Source of the DNA: Emiliania huxleyi CCMP1516 | Lineage: Eukaryota | NCBI RefSeq assembly: GCF_000372725.1 | Contig: NW_005202428.1 | Coordinates: 2,345,791 to 2,409,790 of the forward strand | Length of the DNA: 64,000 nt | Direction: 5' to 3' | In this document: piece after piece, positions 10,518 to 23,552 of the stretch | Numbering within the stretch: the first letter of the stretch is position 1 | Layout: each line of letters starts with the position of its first letter | Position numbers and translations under genes: made by a program | Notes under the pieces: generated by a model | What the model was told of the DNA's origin: nothing | Databases searched by the model: none | Seen by the model: the letters and a program-made list of their open reading frames with translations, nothing else

Positions 10518-13266
10518 GTGAAACGTCTGAAGGGAGTGGCCTCACCCTTCTTTTTGCTCAGCCGCCAACAGCCTTCCGTCGAGGGCCTCTACGCCTTTGG
10601 CTGCCTGTGCGCCGCCACGATTCCCAAGCCCCGCCGCGACGGTGACCGCCACTTTGCCGACCGCGGGGATTTCGGCCTCTACCTCGGACCCTCTGAGATC
10701 AGTCCCGGGCATGTCGTCTACCTCTTTTCGACCAAGGTGATCCAGGTCGTCGCCAAGCTGCGCGTCTGGGAGGACCAGTTTCCTGGCCTCAAAGGGCATC
10801 GCTACGCGTGGTTCCCCAGTGATGAGGCGCTTCCCCCTGACAGCGGCGTTCCAGAGTCAGTTTCCGCCCCGCCGCCCGACCGGCCTGACGCTCCCGAACC
10901 TGCTGCTGGTCCGGCGCAGCAGCAGCCGCAACCACAAGGCAGAGCTGAGCGCTCCGTTCGCGAAACCACCGCTAACGCTCGCGGCGATGACGCGCCTGCT
11001 CCCGCTCCTGCGCCGCCCTCGACGCCTCCCGCGCCTTCTCCCGCCACTCCTGCCGCGACTCGCTCAGGAGGGGCCACCGTCGAGGTCCCCGTCGAAGTCA
11101 CGCGCCTCCCACCTCGCGCTACCGAACCCGTCAGGATGCGTAGCCTCACTCCACCTCGCCGCTCAGCTCGCATTCGTGCTCAGCACCTTGGTCAGCTCGC
11201 CTGCGCCTTCCTCGTTGCCTTCATCGCCCCAGTTCCGCGCCTCTCAGCCAACATGGCCGCCGCTCTTGTCGCCAACGCCGTTCACGGCGAGTGCCGTGCC
11301 GACGACTTCCTCGCAGTCGACAACTCGCTTGGCGCCGTCGACGCCGCCTTCTTCGGCTACGACTCGTCCAACGACACTGCCCTCGTCACCGCCGCTCGCA
11401 GCGCTGGCGGCGCCTACTCTGTCACGCTGACGTCCGATCAAGGCGCCCTCCGAGTTCCGAAGAGCTACCGGCAAGCGATGTCGAGCCCACAGGCCGAGCA
11501 GTGGCGCGAGGCGATTGCCAAGGAGCTCGCCGGCCTCGTCGCTCTCAAGACGTGGGACCTCGTTCCTCTTGCCTCCGTGCCTACCAGCGCCAACGTGATG
11601 CATTGCCACTTCGTTTTTGCCATCAAGCGGAAGGCCGACGGGTCCATCGACAAGTTCAAGGCACGCCTCGTCGCCGACGGAAACACGCAGAAGCATGGTG
11701 TTGACTTTGACCGCGTCTTCGCCACTGTTGTCAAGGCTCTCACCATCCGGCTCGTTCTCGCCATTGCTGCCGCGCGTGACTACAACCTCAGCTCCCTCGA
11801 CATTCGCCAGGCGTACCTTCAGGCCGCCCTCGATGAGGATCTCTACATGCGCGCCCCGCCCGGCGTCAACAACCGCGGCGGAGAGCTCGTATGCAAGCTA
11901 CGCCGCAGCCTCTACGGGCTCAAGCAGGCTGGTCGTGAATGGGCTCAGCTCCTCTCTTCCTTCCTCGTGTCGTGGGGCTTTGTGCGCTCGACCATCGATG
12001 TCTGCCTCTACACCTACGAGAAGGACGGCACCGTCCTGTGGGCTCTCGTCTATGTCGACGACATTCTCCTCGCCGACAACTGCCCCAACTTACGTGCGCG
12101 CTTTGTTGCCGACATCTCGCGACGCTTCCCTACCGAGGACAAGGGCGAGCTCGAGTGGATCCTCAACACCGCGATCACTCGCGACCGCGCTGCTCGTTCT
12201 CTGACCTTGTCTCAGGGCCTCTACACCGCCGACCTCGTCGCGAAGTTTGAGTCGTACTTCGATCGCTCGCGCTCGCGCCACTTCGACTCGCCGATTGAGG
12301 AAGGCCTCGAGCTCTCTCCCGCCGATCAGCCCGTTCTCGGCTCCGTCGAGTACGACGAGATGTCCAAGTTTCGCGATGCGTACATGGCCATCGTCGGCGG
12401 GCTCCTTTGGCTTGCGAATATGACGCGCGTCGACATCGCCTACTCCGCCTCGCAGCTCGCTCGGTTCATGACCAACCCCGGCCCGTCGCACTTTAAGGCT
12501 GCGATTCGTGTCCTCGTCTACTTGCGCGACACCGCTGACCGCGCTCTTGTCATGCGCCCTGATCCCGTCCGTGGCCTCGAGAGCTTTGTCGACTCTAGCT
12601 GGGCGACCAAGTTTTCGTGCTCCGGCGGGATGTTCTTCTACTACGGGTGCCTGTTTCATTGGTTCTCCAAGATGCAGCGCTCCGTCACGCTTTCGAGCGC
12701 CGAGGCCGAGTTCTTCGGCGCCATGCTCGCCGCCAAGGAAGTTATCTTCATCCGCGAGCTACTGATCGACCTCGGTTTCATCATCGACACCCCCAGCGTC
12801 ATCAAGTGCGACTCCAAGTCCGCCGTCGGCATGGCCTTCGACCCCGTCGCATTCAAGAAGACCAAGCACATCCTGCGCGCCGCCGAGTTCCTCCGTGACC
12901 TTGTCGCACGCGAGGTCGTCTCTGTCGAGCACCTCCCCGGCGCTGTGATGCTCGCCGACATCCTCACCAAGGCTGCCTCTCGCGCCGTCTTTGTCGAGCT
13001 GATCAAGCAGCTCGACACCTTTGCATGATCACGTCAGTTGCGCTCTAGAGGCTGTAGTTAGTCCCCCTTTTCACTGTGTTGTGTCCCTCGCACCCCCGTG
13101 CTCTGGCCAGGAGGGGCTGTTCCCGGGGGCATAACTCCCCCACAGCGCAGACGTTCACACTTCCACACCCACAGTGCCCGTCCAAGACTGCCCGTCCAAG
13201 ACTTGTCTTGTTGGTCCTGGACCTGTCTGTTGTAACTGCTTGATTTTATGTCGTTTCGCTCCATCA
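10518..13266 (+). mobile_element. 5'-truncated Ty1/copia LTR retrotransposon: integrase C-terminal SH3, reverse transcriptase, RNase H, PPT and candidate 3' LTR
   Basis: The 836-aa ORF has FGC..(SH3), PKSYRQAM..W, KARLVADG, DIRQAYL, LYGLKQAG, YVDD, DSSWA, SSAEAEF, KTKHI and ADILTK, with a stop at 13028. The purine tract AGGAGGGGC at 13109-13117 is followed by TGT at 13118. The LTR end (CA near 13266) is a guess. No gag, protease or 5' LTR was seen. Confidence 0.92.
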
Positions 13267-14442
13267 CGCTCTCGTTCCCCTCGATGCTGGCGTTCGCCGC
13301 GCTCCATTGCCTCGCGCGCGCGTCCTCTCTGCCGATGGCATCGTTCATACTTCGACTCACATCTTCACTGCTGCGGTGAGTGCCCGGGGAGGCGCGGCGG
13401 CGGGGTGAATGAAAAGGTCTCAGAATGCACAGAGAAAGAAAACTGGTAACTGCAGGCAGAGGCGCGCGCTGCAGTTTCTCTGATCGGGCTGCTGGCGGTG
13501 TGAGCGCGAGACGGCGTGGTGAGGCGTGAGGCAGGCTATTGTTGTGGGGTGCGGGCTGCGTCGTTAGGCGTATGCGTGCACATGGTGCTGTATGCTGTGT
13601 ACTTTGCTGTGTGTGCAGGCAGGCTGGCAGTGTGTGCTCTGTGCTGTGTGCAGGCAGACTGGACAGCGGACTGAACGGATGGCGGAGCGTGCGCGCAGCG
13701 TGCCACGCGCGCGCCTCGTGCAGTGCAGACCAGGCGCGTGGCGGCAGGGGCGCCGCGCGGAGCACGCGGGCTGAATGTTCAGAACAAGCAGGGCTGCTGT
13801 GCAGACTGTCTGCAAACTGCACAGCACCCCTGCTCGGGTAACGTAGCGCGAGCTCGGTGGCCTGCGCGCGCGGCGTGCCGCCGCGCGCGCCTCGCGGTGA
13901 AGCGTCTTGCCGGTCGCGTCGCGCTCCGGTGCGGTATGGTGCCTGAAGAAGGTGCAGGCGCTTGTGCAATGGGCGCAGACTGCAGTGAGAGGTGCACTGC
14001 GGCGCGCGCGTCGCGGCGTGAGTGGTCGTGCGCCTGGGTCTGGTGGTGCGAGAGGCGCGTGGCTGGTGCGGGCGGCGCGGGCCGGCCATGGGGTGCCAGC
14101 ACAGAGCAGACGCACATGGCACAGCTCTGAAATGGCGCTGCGCGTGTTTGCGTGCGCGCGGGGACGTACGCGCAGTTTTCACGCGGTGTGCGTGGAGAAG
14201 GGCATGAGAGGCGCCGGCCGCGCGTGGCTCGGCGTGTGGGAGTGTTGGGGTGCCCGTAGGCGCGTGGGAAGGTGCCCGAAGGGCGATCATTTTCGGGGTG
14301 CTGAAGGAACTGTTGTTCACAGCTTCGCATGTCATGTGCAAACACTTCTCGGTGACAGTCAGTCCACGGTCTGTTCCCATCGGACTTCGGTCTTCGCAGG
14401 CGCGGCGGGCGCGGCGGGGGCGCACATACACTCTCTCACGTC

Positions 14443-17400
14443 TCACGCCACCATCATCTCCTCCTCCTCCTCTGCGGAAAGAAGGAGGCCCTCGCTCTCG
14501 GCAGCGCTGCCGCCAGAGGCTGCGGCGCCACGCGCAACCTGCCTCAACACACTCGAGGAAAAGAGTAGGAGCAGGAGCAGAAAAGCGACCAGGCTGCCCC
14601 CGAGAAGGAGCATCTGGTAGTACTGCCGGACGAGCAACGCCGCGTCGGCCTGCGATAACGGGTAGACCGTCGACACCACCGCCCAATGCTGTGCGATCCA
14701 GTCGCTCTCTCCGAGCCACTTGGCGCCGCCCATCGTGAGCGCGAGCAGGAAACCGGCAACCACGAACAGCGCAGTGCCCGTACAAATCTCGTAAACTAGA
14801 AGGAGCGGCCTGCGGACATTTTGGAGGTCCTCAACGCAAGCTTCCCTGACGGCGGGCGAATCGGCAAGACGGGGAGGGGGATCCCGGCTCTCTGAGATCT
14901 ACGCGGATGGCCATCGCGTCGCCCTCGAAGCAGCGAGGCCCACGAGGCCGACGAGCAGCAGTGCACCTACAGGCTCAAGCCGCGGACATGTCACGGACAT
15001 GTCGAAGCCGTGTGCCGACGAGGTCCACCGGGGTGCGCACCCCCGGCAGCAAGCATCGGCACAGCTGACGGGTCTTCGCCGCCGCTGTGCTGCGCGCCGA
15101 GAGTCAAGATGGCAATGGCGGCAACGACGGCACCCCCGTGTGCCACCGCCATGATGTTTTGTGCGACCGCGCGCCAGCCCACCAATCGGCCGGCGCAGTA
15201 GAGGCCGAGGAGCAGCAAGCCGTCAGAGCAAAGCAGCAGCGTCCCACGCAGCGTCGCGCTCTCGTACACCTGTGCCACCGCGCGCCACGCAGCCAGCATG
15301 ACATCGGGCGCATCCACCTCGGTGGCAAGATCTGCCAGCACCTCTGGCGGCCCCGCATGCTGCACGCATGCCCAGTATACTAGGGCGAGCGCCTAGAGGG
15401 GGAGCAGAGAGGGGGTGAGGGTGCATGGAGGTTTTCATGAGCTTCGGGTCAGAGGGGCAGAGTGACCACTCGCCTCCGTTTCCGCCCGATAGATAAAGTA
15501 GAAGGCGCAGAGCAGCGTTTGGCCGAGCGCGGCAGGCAACGTGAGCGAGAAGTACGCGACGGCGCAGAGGCTGTACGAGCAAGCCTAGAGCTCGGCCAGT
15601 CTCGGCTGTGCCCGGTCAATCTTGCGCCAGAGCTCGAGGGCGGCTGTGAGAGAGCGCCGCGCGGCCCGACAGAGCGAGAGCGAGCCCGCACGCTGAGGGC
15701 ACGGACAGCAGCGTCGCCGCGAGGAGCGTCGAGCGCACCGCGTCGTGGAAATGGAGGCTGACCAGCCGTCCAGCACCGACGCTCCAGCCAGTCGCCGGAG
15801 CGTCCGCCGCTCGAGAGTCTGCCAGCGGCGGCAGCGGCGTCGCGCGGGCAAGCGCTGGCGGGGGAGACTCTTGCGGCTCACGTGATGAGACATGCGCCGC
15901 GTGGTGCCGCTGGGCCGGAGCCGGCGGGGCGAGGAGCCTCGAGGCGAGGGCGGCAACCTTCTTCTCGAGCGCAGCGACGCGTGCCTCCGGCGCCTGCTCA
16001 ACCGCACTGCCGCCTGGAACGGCGCTGCCGGCGGACCGCGAACTTACCACCTCCAGGACGCCGGCCGGTGTCGGTGGCGTTGGCGGCGGTGCCGATGCTG
16101 GTGGTGGCGGTGCCGGTGAATTCGGTGAGGCTGGCGGTGGCGACGGTGGTCGTGGTGATGGTGACGGTGACGGGGGCGGCAGAGCTGGTGACGGTGGCGA
16201 TGGCGACGGTGGTCGTGGTGATGCTGACGGTGGCGGCGGAGCTGGTGACGGTGGCGATGGCTGCGGGGGTGGCGATGGCCTGGGGCGAAAGACGTTGGTC
16301 GTCTCCGAGACAGGATCTGGGTCGCCGCCCCAGTCCATCTCCACAGCGTCCAGGAGCGCTCCGTCCACAGCGGCCGGCTCCCCCGCCTTCTCCTCTCCTC
16401 CCGCCCTGGGCTGGTCCACCGCCGTCACCTCCGTAGGAACCTTCGCCGCCACTACCGCCGCCACCTCAGCCGCCTCCGCCGCTACTGCCTCAACACCAAT
16501 CTGCGCCTCTGCCCGACCCTCCCTCTCCGCACCCACGACTCCCGATTCAGTCAATCTCGATTCCACTCTGGCCTGGGCCGCCTCTGCCAATCCTGCATCC
16601 ACATCCGCATTCCTTGCCTCTGCAACTCCTGTTTTCACCCCCAACCGAGATGTGCTCAATGACCTCCTGCCCGCTTCAAATGGCGGTCGACTGCTGCACT
16701 CTAGGGACGCCGGGTCGATCGGCTGCCACCTCCCGTTCACCAGTTGGTAGCGGAGCGGCGCGGCGACGAGCGCAGCTGGCAGGAACAGCACGCCTAAGCC
16801 ATATTGCAATACCCTGACCTGAGAGAGGTGCACTGTGAACGTATCAGAGTGTCGCGGAAGCGTCACACCGATGAGCAGGCCGAGCTGGAGGAGTGCAGTC
16901 GTGGCGAGGCCGAAGCGAGGCCAACAAGAGTCGGAGGGACCGCATGGCTGGCTCGTTGCGTGCTGAACGCAGCCGGCAGCCTTGCCGCGTGCCGCACCGA
17001 GAGGCGTGATCGCTGTTTGGGATTTGAGTGCCGGGTGGCCGGCGGGAACGCTGGAGATGATTTGGCAGCCCAGGAGACTGCCGGGGTTTTCTGCGTCCCA
17101 GCTCGCCGGCACGATTGTCTTCGTCACGACACTGCCGCTGGCCTCACACACACGCACGGGGACGGAGGTCCCCACAGATGACGCGAGGACCGGCTGCAAG
17201 TCACGGAGGTGCCTGGCGCCACCAAGGCTGAGGATGGCGTCGCCGAGAATGAGGCCACCCTTGCCCGCTGGCGTCTCCTTGGGAGGGGTCGCCGTCACGT
17301 ACGCAAACGCGCGGTCGGGACGTGCCAGCCGCATGCTGTCTCGATGTGTGGACGGCGGGCGCTCCTCGCGCTCCCAGAGTTCTCTTCTCGGACGCCTGCC

Positions 17401-17451
17401 CCCCCCATCTCGGCTGCTCTTGAGACCTCGCGTGGGATTTGATTTCTTCAT
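14443..17451 (-). CDS. Multi-exon membrane protein: N-terminal PSMD9/GRASP-type PDZ-like domain, TM segments, Pro-rich linker, C-terminal tetraspanin-like multi-TM region
   Basis: AFAYV...TPAGKGGLILGDAIL...IVPASWD..GSLLGCQI is a PDZ-like pattern. Hydrophobic exons lie at about 15040-15365 and 14443-14810. Stop at 14443. The start codon and the joining of the two halves are uncertain. Confidence 0.55.
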
Positions 17452-17562
17452 CCCCCACAACACACTCGCACAACAAGCCGAGCAGAGAGCTCCCGTCGCA
17501 GCCTGCCCTGGACATATGCCCACGCCATCGTCAATCTCACGACCCCTTCATATCCGGCCGCG

Positions 17563-20500
17563 TCACGCGTCTGCGACGCGCCGCTGCAGCGCTGCCACCT
17601 CGGCACGCGCCGCCGCTAGCGCGTGCTTTGTCGCCGCCAGCTCGGTCTCGAGGCGCTCGTTCTCGTTGCGGTACCGCTCGACGCGCTGCTTGGCCTGCCG
17701 ATGCAGCCTCTCGGCGATCGAGGGCGCGTGCTCGCCGCCGTCGCGCAGCTCCACCTCAGCGGCGAGGTCGCGCATCGTCTGCGCCTGCTGCCGCACCTGC
17801 GCCTTGAGCTGCGCGATGCGCGCATTCTGCGCTGTCACGACGCCGTTGCTCCCCTCCCCGCCCGTCCGGGACGCCGCCTCCTCCTCGAGGGCCGCGAGCT
17901 CACCGCGGTACACCTCGCAGCACGTCAGCAGCGCCGCCTGCGCCGCCTGGCTGTCGACACACAGCGCCTGCTCACGTGTGGCGGGCGGGGGTGAGCGGAT
18001 GCGAGGGCAGGAGGGCACGCCGCGTACGCACCCCCCCTCCCCCCCCCCCCCAAAACACACCCACACACCCACACACCCACACACCCACACACCCACACAC
18101 CCACACACCCACACCCAAAGCGGCGGCGGCACGCCTGCAGCTGCGCGAAAGCCGCCTCCGCAGCGACCTGCGCCCCCTCCGCCGGCCCGCCTGCCGCGGC
18201 GCGCACCTTCGGCTCCGGCATCGCGGCCGGCTGGTGCCGGGCGTGGCCGTTGGTGAGCGGCGGCGGCGGCGGCGGCGAGTCGTCGCCGCTCCTCCCCGAG
18301 GGCGAGCTGTCCGACGCGTGCCCACGAGAGGGGGACGGCGGCGCGGCGTCCGCGAGGTCGGCCAGATCGCTCAGCCGAACGCTCTCCTAGGGGAGGCACG
18401 GCACAGGGAGGTCGTGTCATGGACGCCTCCGGGTCGGCCACTCCCTCAAGACGCGCGCTCCTCCTCCGAGTAGGGTTCCGACGGAGGCGCGATCTCGTCG
18501 TCGTCGTCGCCGCCCTCGTCGTCCTCCTCGTGCCCCCTCCACGCCCGCTGCCTCTCGCTCGCCTCGCGCCAAGCCGCCGCCTCCGCAGCGGCGACCGCCG
18601 CGCGCGCCTCGGCGGCGGCCGCCGCCGCTTGCTCCTCCGCCTCTATCCGTCGCAGCTCCTGCTCCTCGATCCGCCGCTCCTCCTCCTCCTCCGCCGCTGC
18701 ATCGACCGCCGCGCGCGCCGCCGCTTCGGCCTCCTCCGCCTCGAGCTTGGCGCGGACCTTTAGAGGGGGGGGGGGGGGAGGGGAAGGGTGGAGGGAGGAG
18801 GGTGGTGGAGGGTGGTGGAGGGAAGGAGGGTGGTGGTGGTGGGTGGTGGAGGGTGGTGGAGGATGGTGGAGGGGGAACCTCCTCCTCGAGCCTCAGCTCC
18901 TCGGCGAGCCGCTGCCGCTCCTCCTCCTCGATGCGCGCCTCTTCGATCGCAGCCAGCCGCGCCGCCTCCGCTTCCTCGGCCGCCCGCCGCTCCGCCGCCA
19001 GCCGTTCCTCCTCCTCGCGCTTCAGCGCCGCCGCCGCCTCCTCGACCGCGATGCGCTCCGCCTCGATGGCGGCCAGCCGCGCCGCCTCCTCCGCCTCGGC
19101 CGCCTCGCGGACCGCTCGCTCCGCCTCCTCCGCCTCGAAACGCGCCAGCTCCTCCGCCTCCAGCCTCAGCGCCTCCTCTTCCTCGAGCACCGCCTGCTTC
19201 TCGGCGCCGCGGGCGAGCAGCTCGCTGTCGACGCCCGCCGCGGCGGCGCGGCCCATCGCCTCGCGCATCGCCTCTGCGTCCGTGAGCTGCGAACCGATCA
19301 CAGTCTCGAGCGCGCACGCCGCGTCGCGCCGCTCCGCCTCGGCCGCCTCGGCCGCCGCCTCAAGCTCCTCCACCCGCGCCGCCGCCTCGGCCAGCAGCGG
19401 CTCCCCCTCGCCGATGGCGTCGACCGCCACCATGCCGAGCGCGCGCGCCGCGTCTGACGCCTCTTGCAGCGCCCCGATCGACTCGCCCGCAATCGCGGCG
19501 CGCAACGCCTGGCGTGCCGCCTCCTTGCGCGCGAGCGCCGCCTGCTCCTCCAAGGCCACCAGCTCCGCCCGCGCCTCCCTCAGCTCCTCCGCATCGACAC
19601 CCGCCTGCTCAACGTCTGTGCTGTGAAGAGACGCCCTCTCCGCCCTGCCCGCCCTCCCCCCGCGCCGACGAGCGCCTCCTCCGCGTCCTCGATGAGGGCG
19701 GGCACCCGCTCCACCTCGGCGCGCGCGAGAGCCTGCTGCAGCGCGTCCGACGCGGCGCCGCGCGCTGCCTCACGCTTCGCCTGCTCGAGCGCGATCCGCT
19801 CGCGCGCCTGCCGCGCCATCCACAGCTCGTGCGACGGCACCGCCGCCTCCTCGGCCGCGCCGATAGCCGCGTCGAGCTCAGCGGCGGCGTTGCCCTCGAC
19901 GGCCTCGCGCAACGCCGCCAGCGCGGCGACGCGCTTCGCCTCCCGCTCCTCCGCCTCCCGCTTGGCCCGCTCGGCGGCCTCGGCCAGCTCCTCCAGCTCA
20001 ATCAGCCGCGCCTCGGCGAGGGAGACCTTGGCGGGCTCGACGTCAGCTGCCGCCGCAGCCTCGAGCGTCGTGCGCAGCAGCTCGATGTCTTCGCCCGCCA
20101 TCGCGGCGCTGAGGGAGAGCGCGGCGCGCGCGCGCTCCATCTCGCGCTTCTCCTCCTCGGCGGCCAGCTCGGCGAGCCGCTCGCGTGCCGCGTCGAGGCC
20201 GACGACGGCCGCGTCTGGGCCGAGGCCCTCTGCCTGCCTCACCGCCTGCTCGAGCGGCGGCAGCTTGTCCGCCTCGAGCGCCGCGGCGAGGGCGGCGCGC
20301 GCCTTCGCCTCCGCCGCCTCCTGCGCCTCAGCCTCCTTGCGAAGCCGCTCCTCCGCCGCCCGCCGCGCCTCCTCCTCCGCCTTGGCCCTGCGCTCCGCCT
20401 CCGCCTTGGCCTTTTTCTCCGCCGCCAGCCGCTCACGCACCTTCTTGCGCACCGCCTCGAGGCGCGCCGCCTCGGCCGCCTCGGCCGCGGCGCGCTCTTC

Positions 20501-21505
20501 CGCCTCCTTGCGCTCCCTCTCCTCGGCCTCGAGCCGCTTCGCCTCCGCCTGGAGGGGGGGGGGGGGTGAGGGCCGGGGGCGAGGGCAGCGGAGGTGAGGC
20601 CGGGGGCGACGGGAACGAGGCGACGGGAACAGCGTGGCGGGTGGTGCGAGGTAGGAGGTGGGGAAATGGGCAGGGGGGCGGGCGCCTCCGCCGCCGACGC
20701 CGCCTCGTTTGCCTCGCGCCGCAGCCGCTGCTCCTTCTCGATGGTCTGGCGGATGCGCGCGCGCTTCTCCTCCTTGCTGAGCCCGGCCAGCTCGCCCATC
20801 TCGGCTTGCTTTGCCGCCTCGGCCGCCTTGAGCGCCTCAGCTGCCCGCGCCGCCGCTGCCTCGAGCTTCACCAGTGTCGCACGCCGCTCCTTCTCCTCCG
20901 CCTCGCGCGCGGCCGCCTCGCGTGCCGCCTTTGCCGCCTCCTCGTGCCGCTGGCGCTCTGCCTCACGCATCGCACCCAGCTCCGCCCGCGTCGGCGGCTG
21001 CGCCGGCGGCGGCGGCGGCTTGTCGCGAAACAGGGGCTTGGCGGACGGCGAGACCCCGTCGGTGGCGTCAAAAGGGACCCACGGTTTGCCACTGTCGCCG
21101 AACGGATCGCTCGACGCCGCCGGCGGCCGCGGCGGCCGGCTGCCGTCGCGACTGCCGCCAGAGGCGGAACGGCTCACCGCCGGCGACGCGGACGCGCCTG
21201 GCAGCGGTGGCGGCGGCGGCGGGCACTTTGCTGAGACGATTGGGGTCTTTGGGCCAAAGAGATCGGCGTCGAGCGGCGCGGGCGCGAAGCCGGAGCCGGA
21301 GCTGCCGCGCGCGATGCAGCCGCCGTCGAGCGACGATGGCGCAGGCCAAACGGCGGCGGCCGTGGCGAAGGGGTCGGACGGTGACGACGGGAAGAAGGAA
21401 GCGGCGGCGCGCGGCGAGGATGCCCCCCCTCCTCGCTCCGCAGAGCCGAGTGAGGAGGCCGAAGGCGACTTGCCAATCCCGCTGCGGCACGACGAGCGCC
21501 CCGAC

Positions 21506-21555
<50 letters not shown>

Positions 21556-22845
21556 CCCGAACAGGTCGGAGGCCCAGCCCGCGGGCGGATCGGCCGAAGG
21601 CGTGGGCGGGTGGGGGGGAAGCGGGTGCAGCGGCCCGTCGACGTCGCGCAGCTCGCCCGACGGGAACTTGACAGTGTAGTAGTCGCCACTCGGGTCGTCG
21701 CGGTGGATCGCCGTCACGGTCACCGTCTGGCTGCGGTAGAGCGCGCGGCTGCCGAGCGCGATCGCCGCAGGCGGAGCCGGCGCCGCCGCCGGGACCGGGG
21801 GTCCGGAGAGGAGGTCGAGGCCGAGCAAATCCGAGGAGGGGGCGGAGGAGGGCGGGGTGCCGCTGCGCCCCCGCTCCGACGCCGGCGGCTTGGCGGCGGC
21901 GGTGGGGAGCCGCTCGAACGAGAGCGCCTGCCGGGAAGCGTACCGGACCGCCGAAGGCGGCGGCGGCTGCGACGCGGGCGACGGCTGCTGCGAGGCGGCG
22001 TGGTGCGACGGCGGAGCGGGTTCGTCCGGCTCGAAGAGGGGTGCGGCCTGAGGGTGCGGTGCAGCCATCTGCTGCTGGACCTGCTGCTGGTACCGCTCGA
22101 GCTGTGCCGCCTGCGGACATGTCGCGGATGTGTCGCGGACGTGCCACCGCCGACAGCGGAAGCGGGCGCGCAGCCTCGCCTCGCGCTGCTGCCTCTCAGC
22201 GGCGGCGGCGCGGTCCGCCTCCGACGCGGCGGAGGCGGAGGTGACGTACCGGCGCACCTCCATCTCGAGGATCGAGCCGGCATCGCGGATGAGGTTGCGC
22301 ACCTGCGAGGGGGGGGGAGGGGGGGGGGGGCTCTCAGCCGGCGGAGGAAGGACCAGTACGACAGGGTCGACTCCATGTTCGCGTGGCTGGAGGAGTGAGA
22401 GCGTTGGAGGTGCACGCCAGAGCGGTAGCCCCGGCCGACGGCAGGCGAATGCTGGCGACGCGGTGAGTTGTGGGCGTGGAGTCCGTCTCAGCGGGCGGGC
22501 GTGGAACCCCGCGTGTGTCTCCGGCCGACGCTGCCCGAGAGGGATGTGCGAGGGGGTGTGCGAGGGAGGGCCGGCTGCCTGCGGAAGCGTCAGCTGCTCG
22601 ACCTTGCGCCGCTGCAGCGTGACGAGGTAGTCGCGCTCGCGCAGCTGCCCGCGGTCGTCGGCGACGTCGGTTGGGGCGATCACATCGAGGTAGATGCCGC
22701 ACTCGTCCTCGCGCACCTGGATCTTGAAGCGCCTGCGGGGCACGTGTCGTGGGCGCTGCGGTGAGAGGAGTGGGCGGGATCGGCACGCACGCGCGCGTGT
22801 GTGCGTGCGTATGTGTGTGTGCGTGCGCGTGTGTGCGCGTGTGCA

Positions 22846-22885
<40 letters not shown>

Positions 22886-23517
22886 TGTGTGTGTGTGTGC
22901 GTGCGTGCGTGTGTGTGTGTGCGTGCGTGCGTGCGTGTGTGCGTGTGTGTGTGTGTGCGTGCGTGCGTGCGTGTGTGTGCGAGAGAGAGAGAGAGAGCGT
23001 GTGTGGGGGCGGGGGCGAGTCTCGGACAAGTCTTGGGCGAGCGTCTCATATATGTATATCTCGCCCACCCTTGCGAGTCACGCAGCAAGGACGCCTTGGT
23101 GCGGACCCAGTTGCCGCCGCCGCCGGCCAGCGTTGCGGGCAGGGGCAGCTCGGGCGCCTCGTACGCGTCGAGTGAGCCCTCGAAGATGCACGCGTACCTA
23201 GCTCGCGCCGCGCGGCGTGACCAGGCGCCGCGGGCGGGCTCGAGCGGGTGGAATGCAGGTGCAGCGCGCACTGTTGCAGCAGCAGCCCCACGAGCCGAAA
23301 CTCGTTGCGCAGCAGCGCGCGGCCGCGCTCATACGTCGGAGTGATCATCGCGGTCCAGACCTGCGGCGGTGTGGCGTGGGGGCGCATGGAGGGCGTCGCA
23401 GGCAGGTCGGCGGAGGCGAGGGCGGCGGCTGGCTTGGTGACGGCGGCGGCGCTCCTAGGGATGGCAGCGGCGGATGGTGTGGTTGGTGGTGGTGGTGGTG
23501 GTGGTGTGGGTGGTGGT

Positions 23518-23552
<35 letters not shown>

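Noticed and set aside
13058..14785. 575-aa minus-strand ORF
   Set aside because: It is off-frame relative to the real TM exon, has low-complexity R/A/H/P composition and shows no domain signal. Long spurious ORFs are expected at this GC content.
18802..21679. Long plus-strand Ser/Ala-rich ORFs
   Set aside because: They are antisense shadows of the E/A-rich coiled-coil exons on the minus strand.
22694..23344. Cys/Val/Arg-repeat ORFs resembling metallothioneins
   Set aside because: They are translations of an intronic (GT)/(GTGC) microsatellite.
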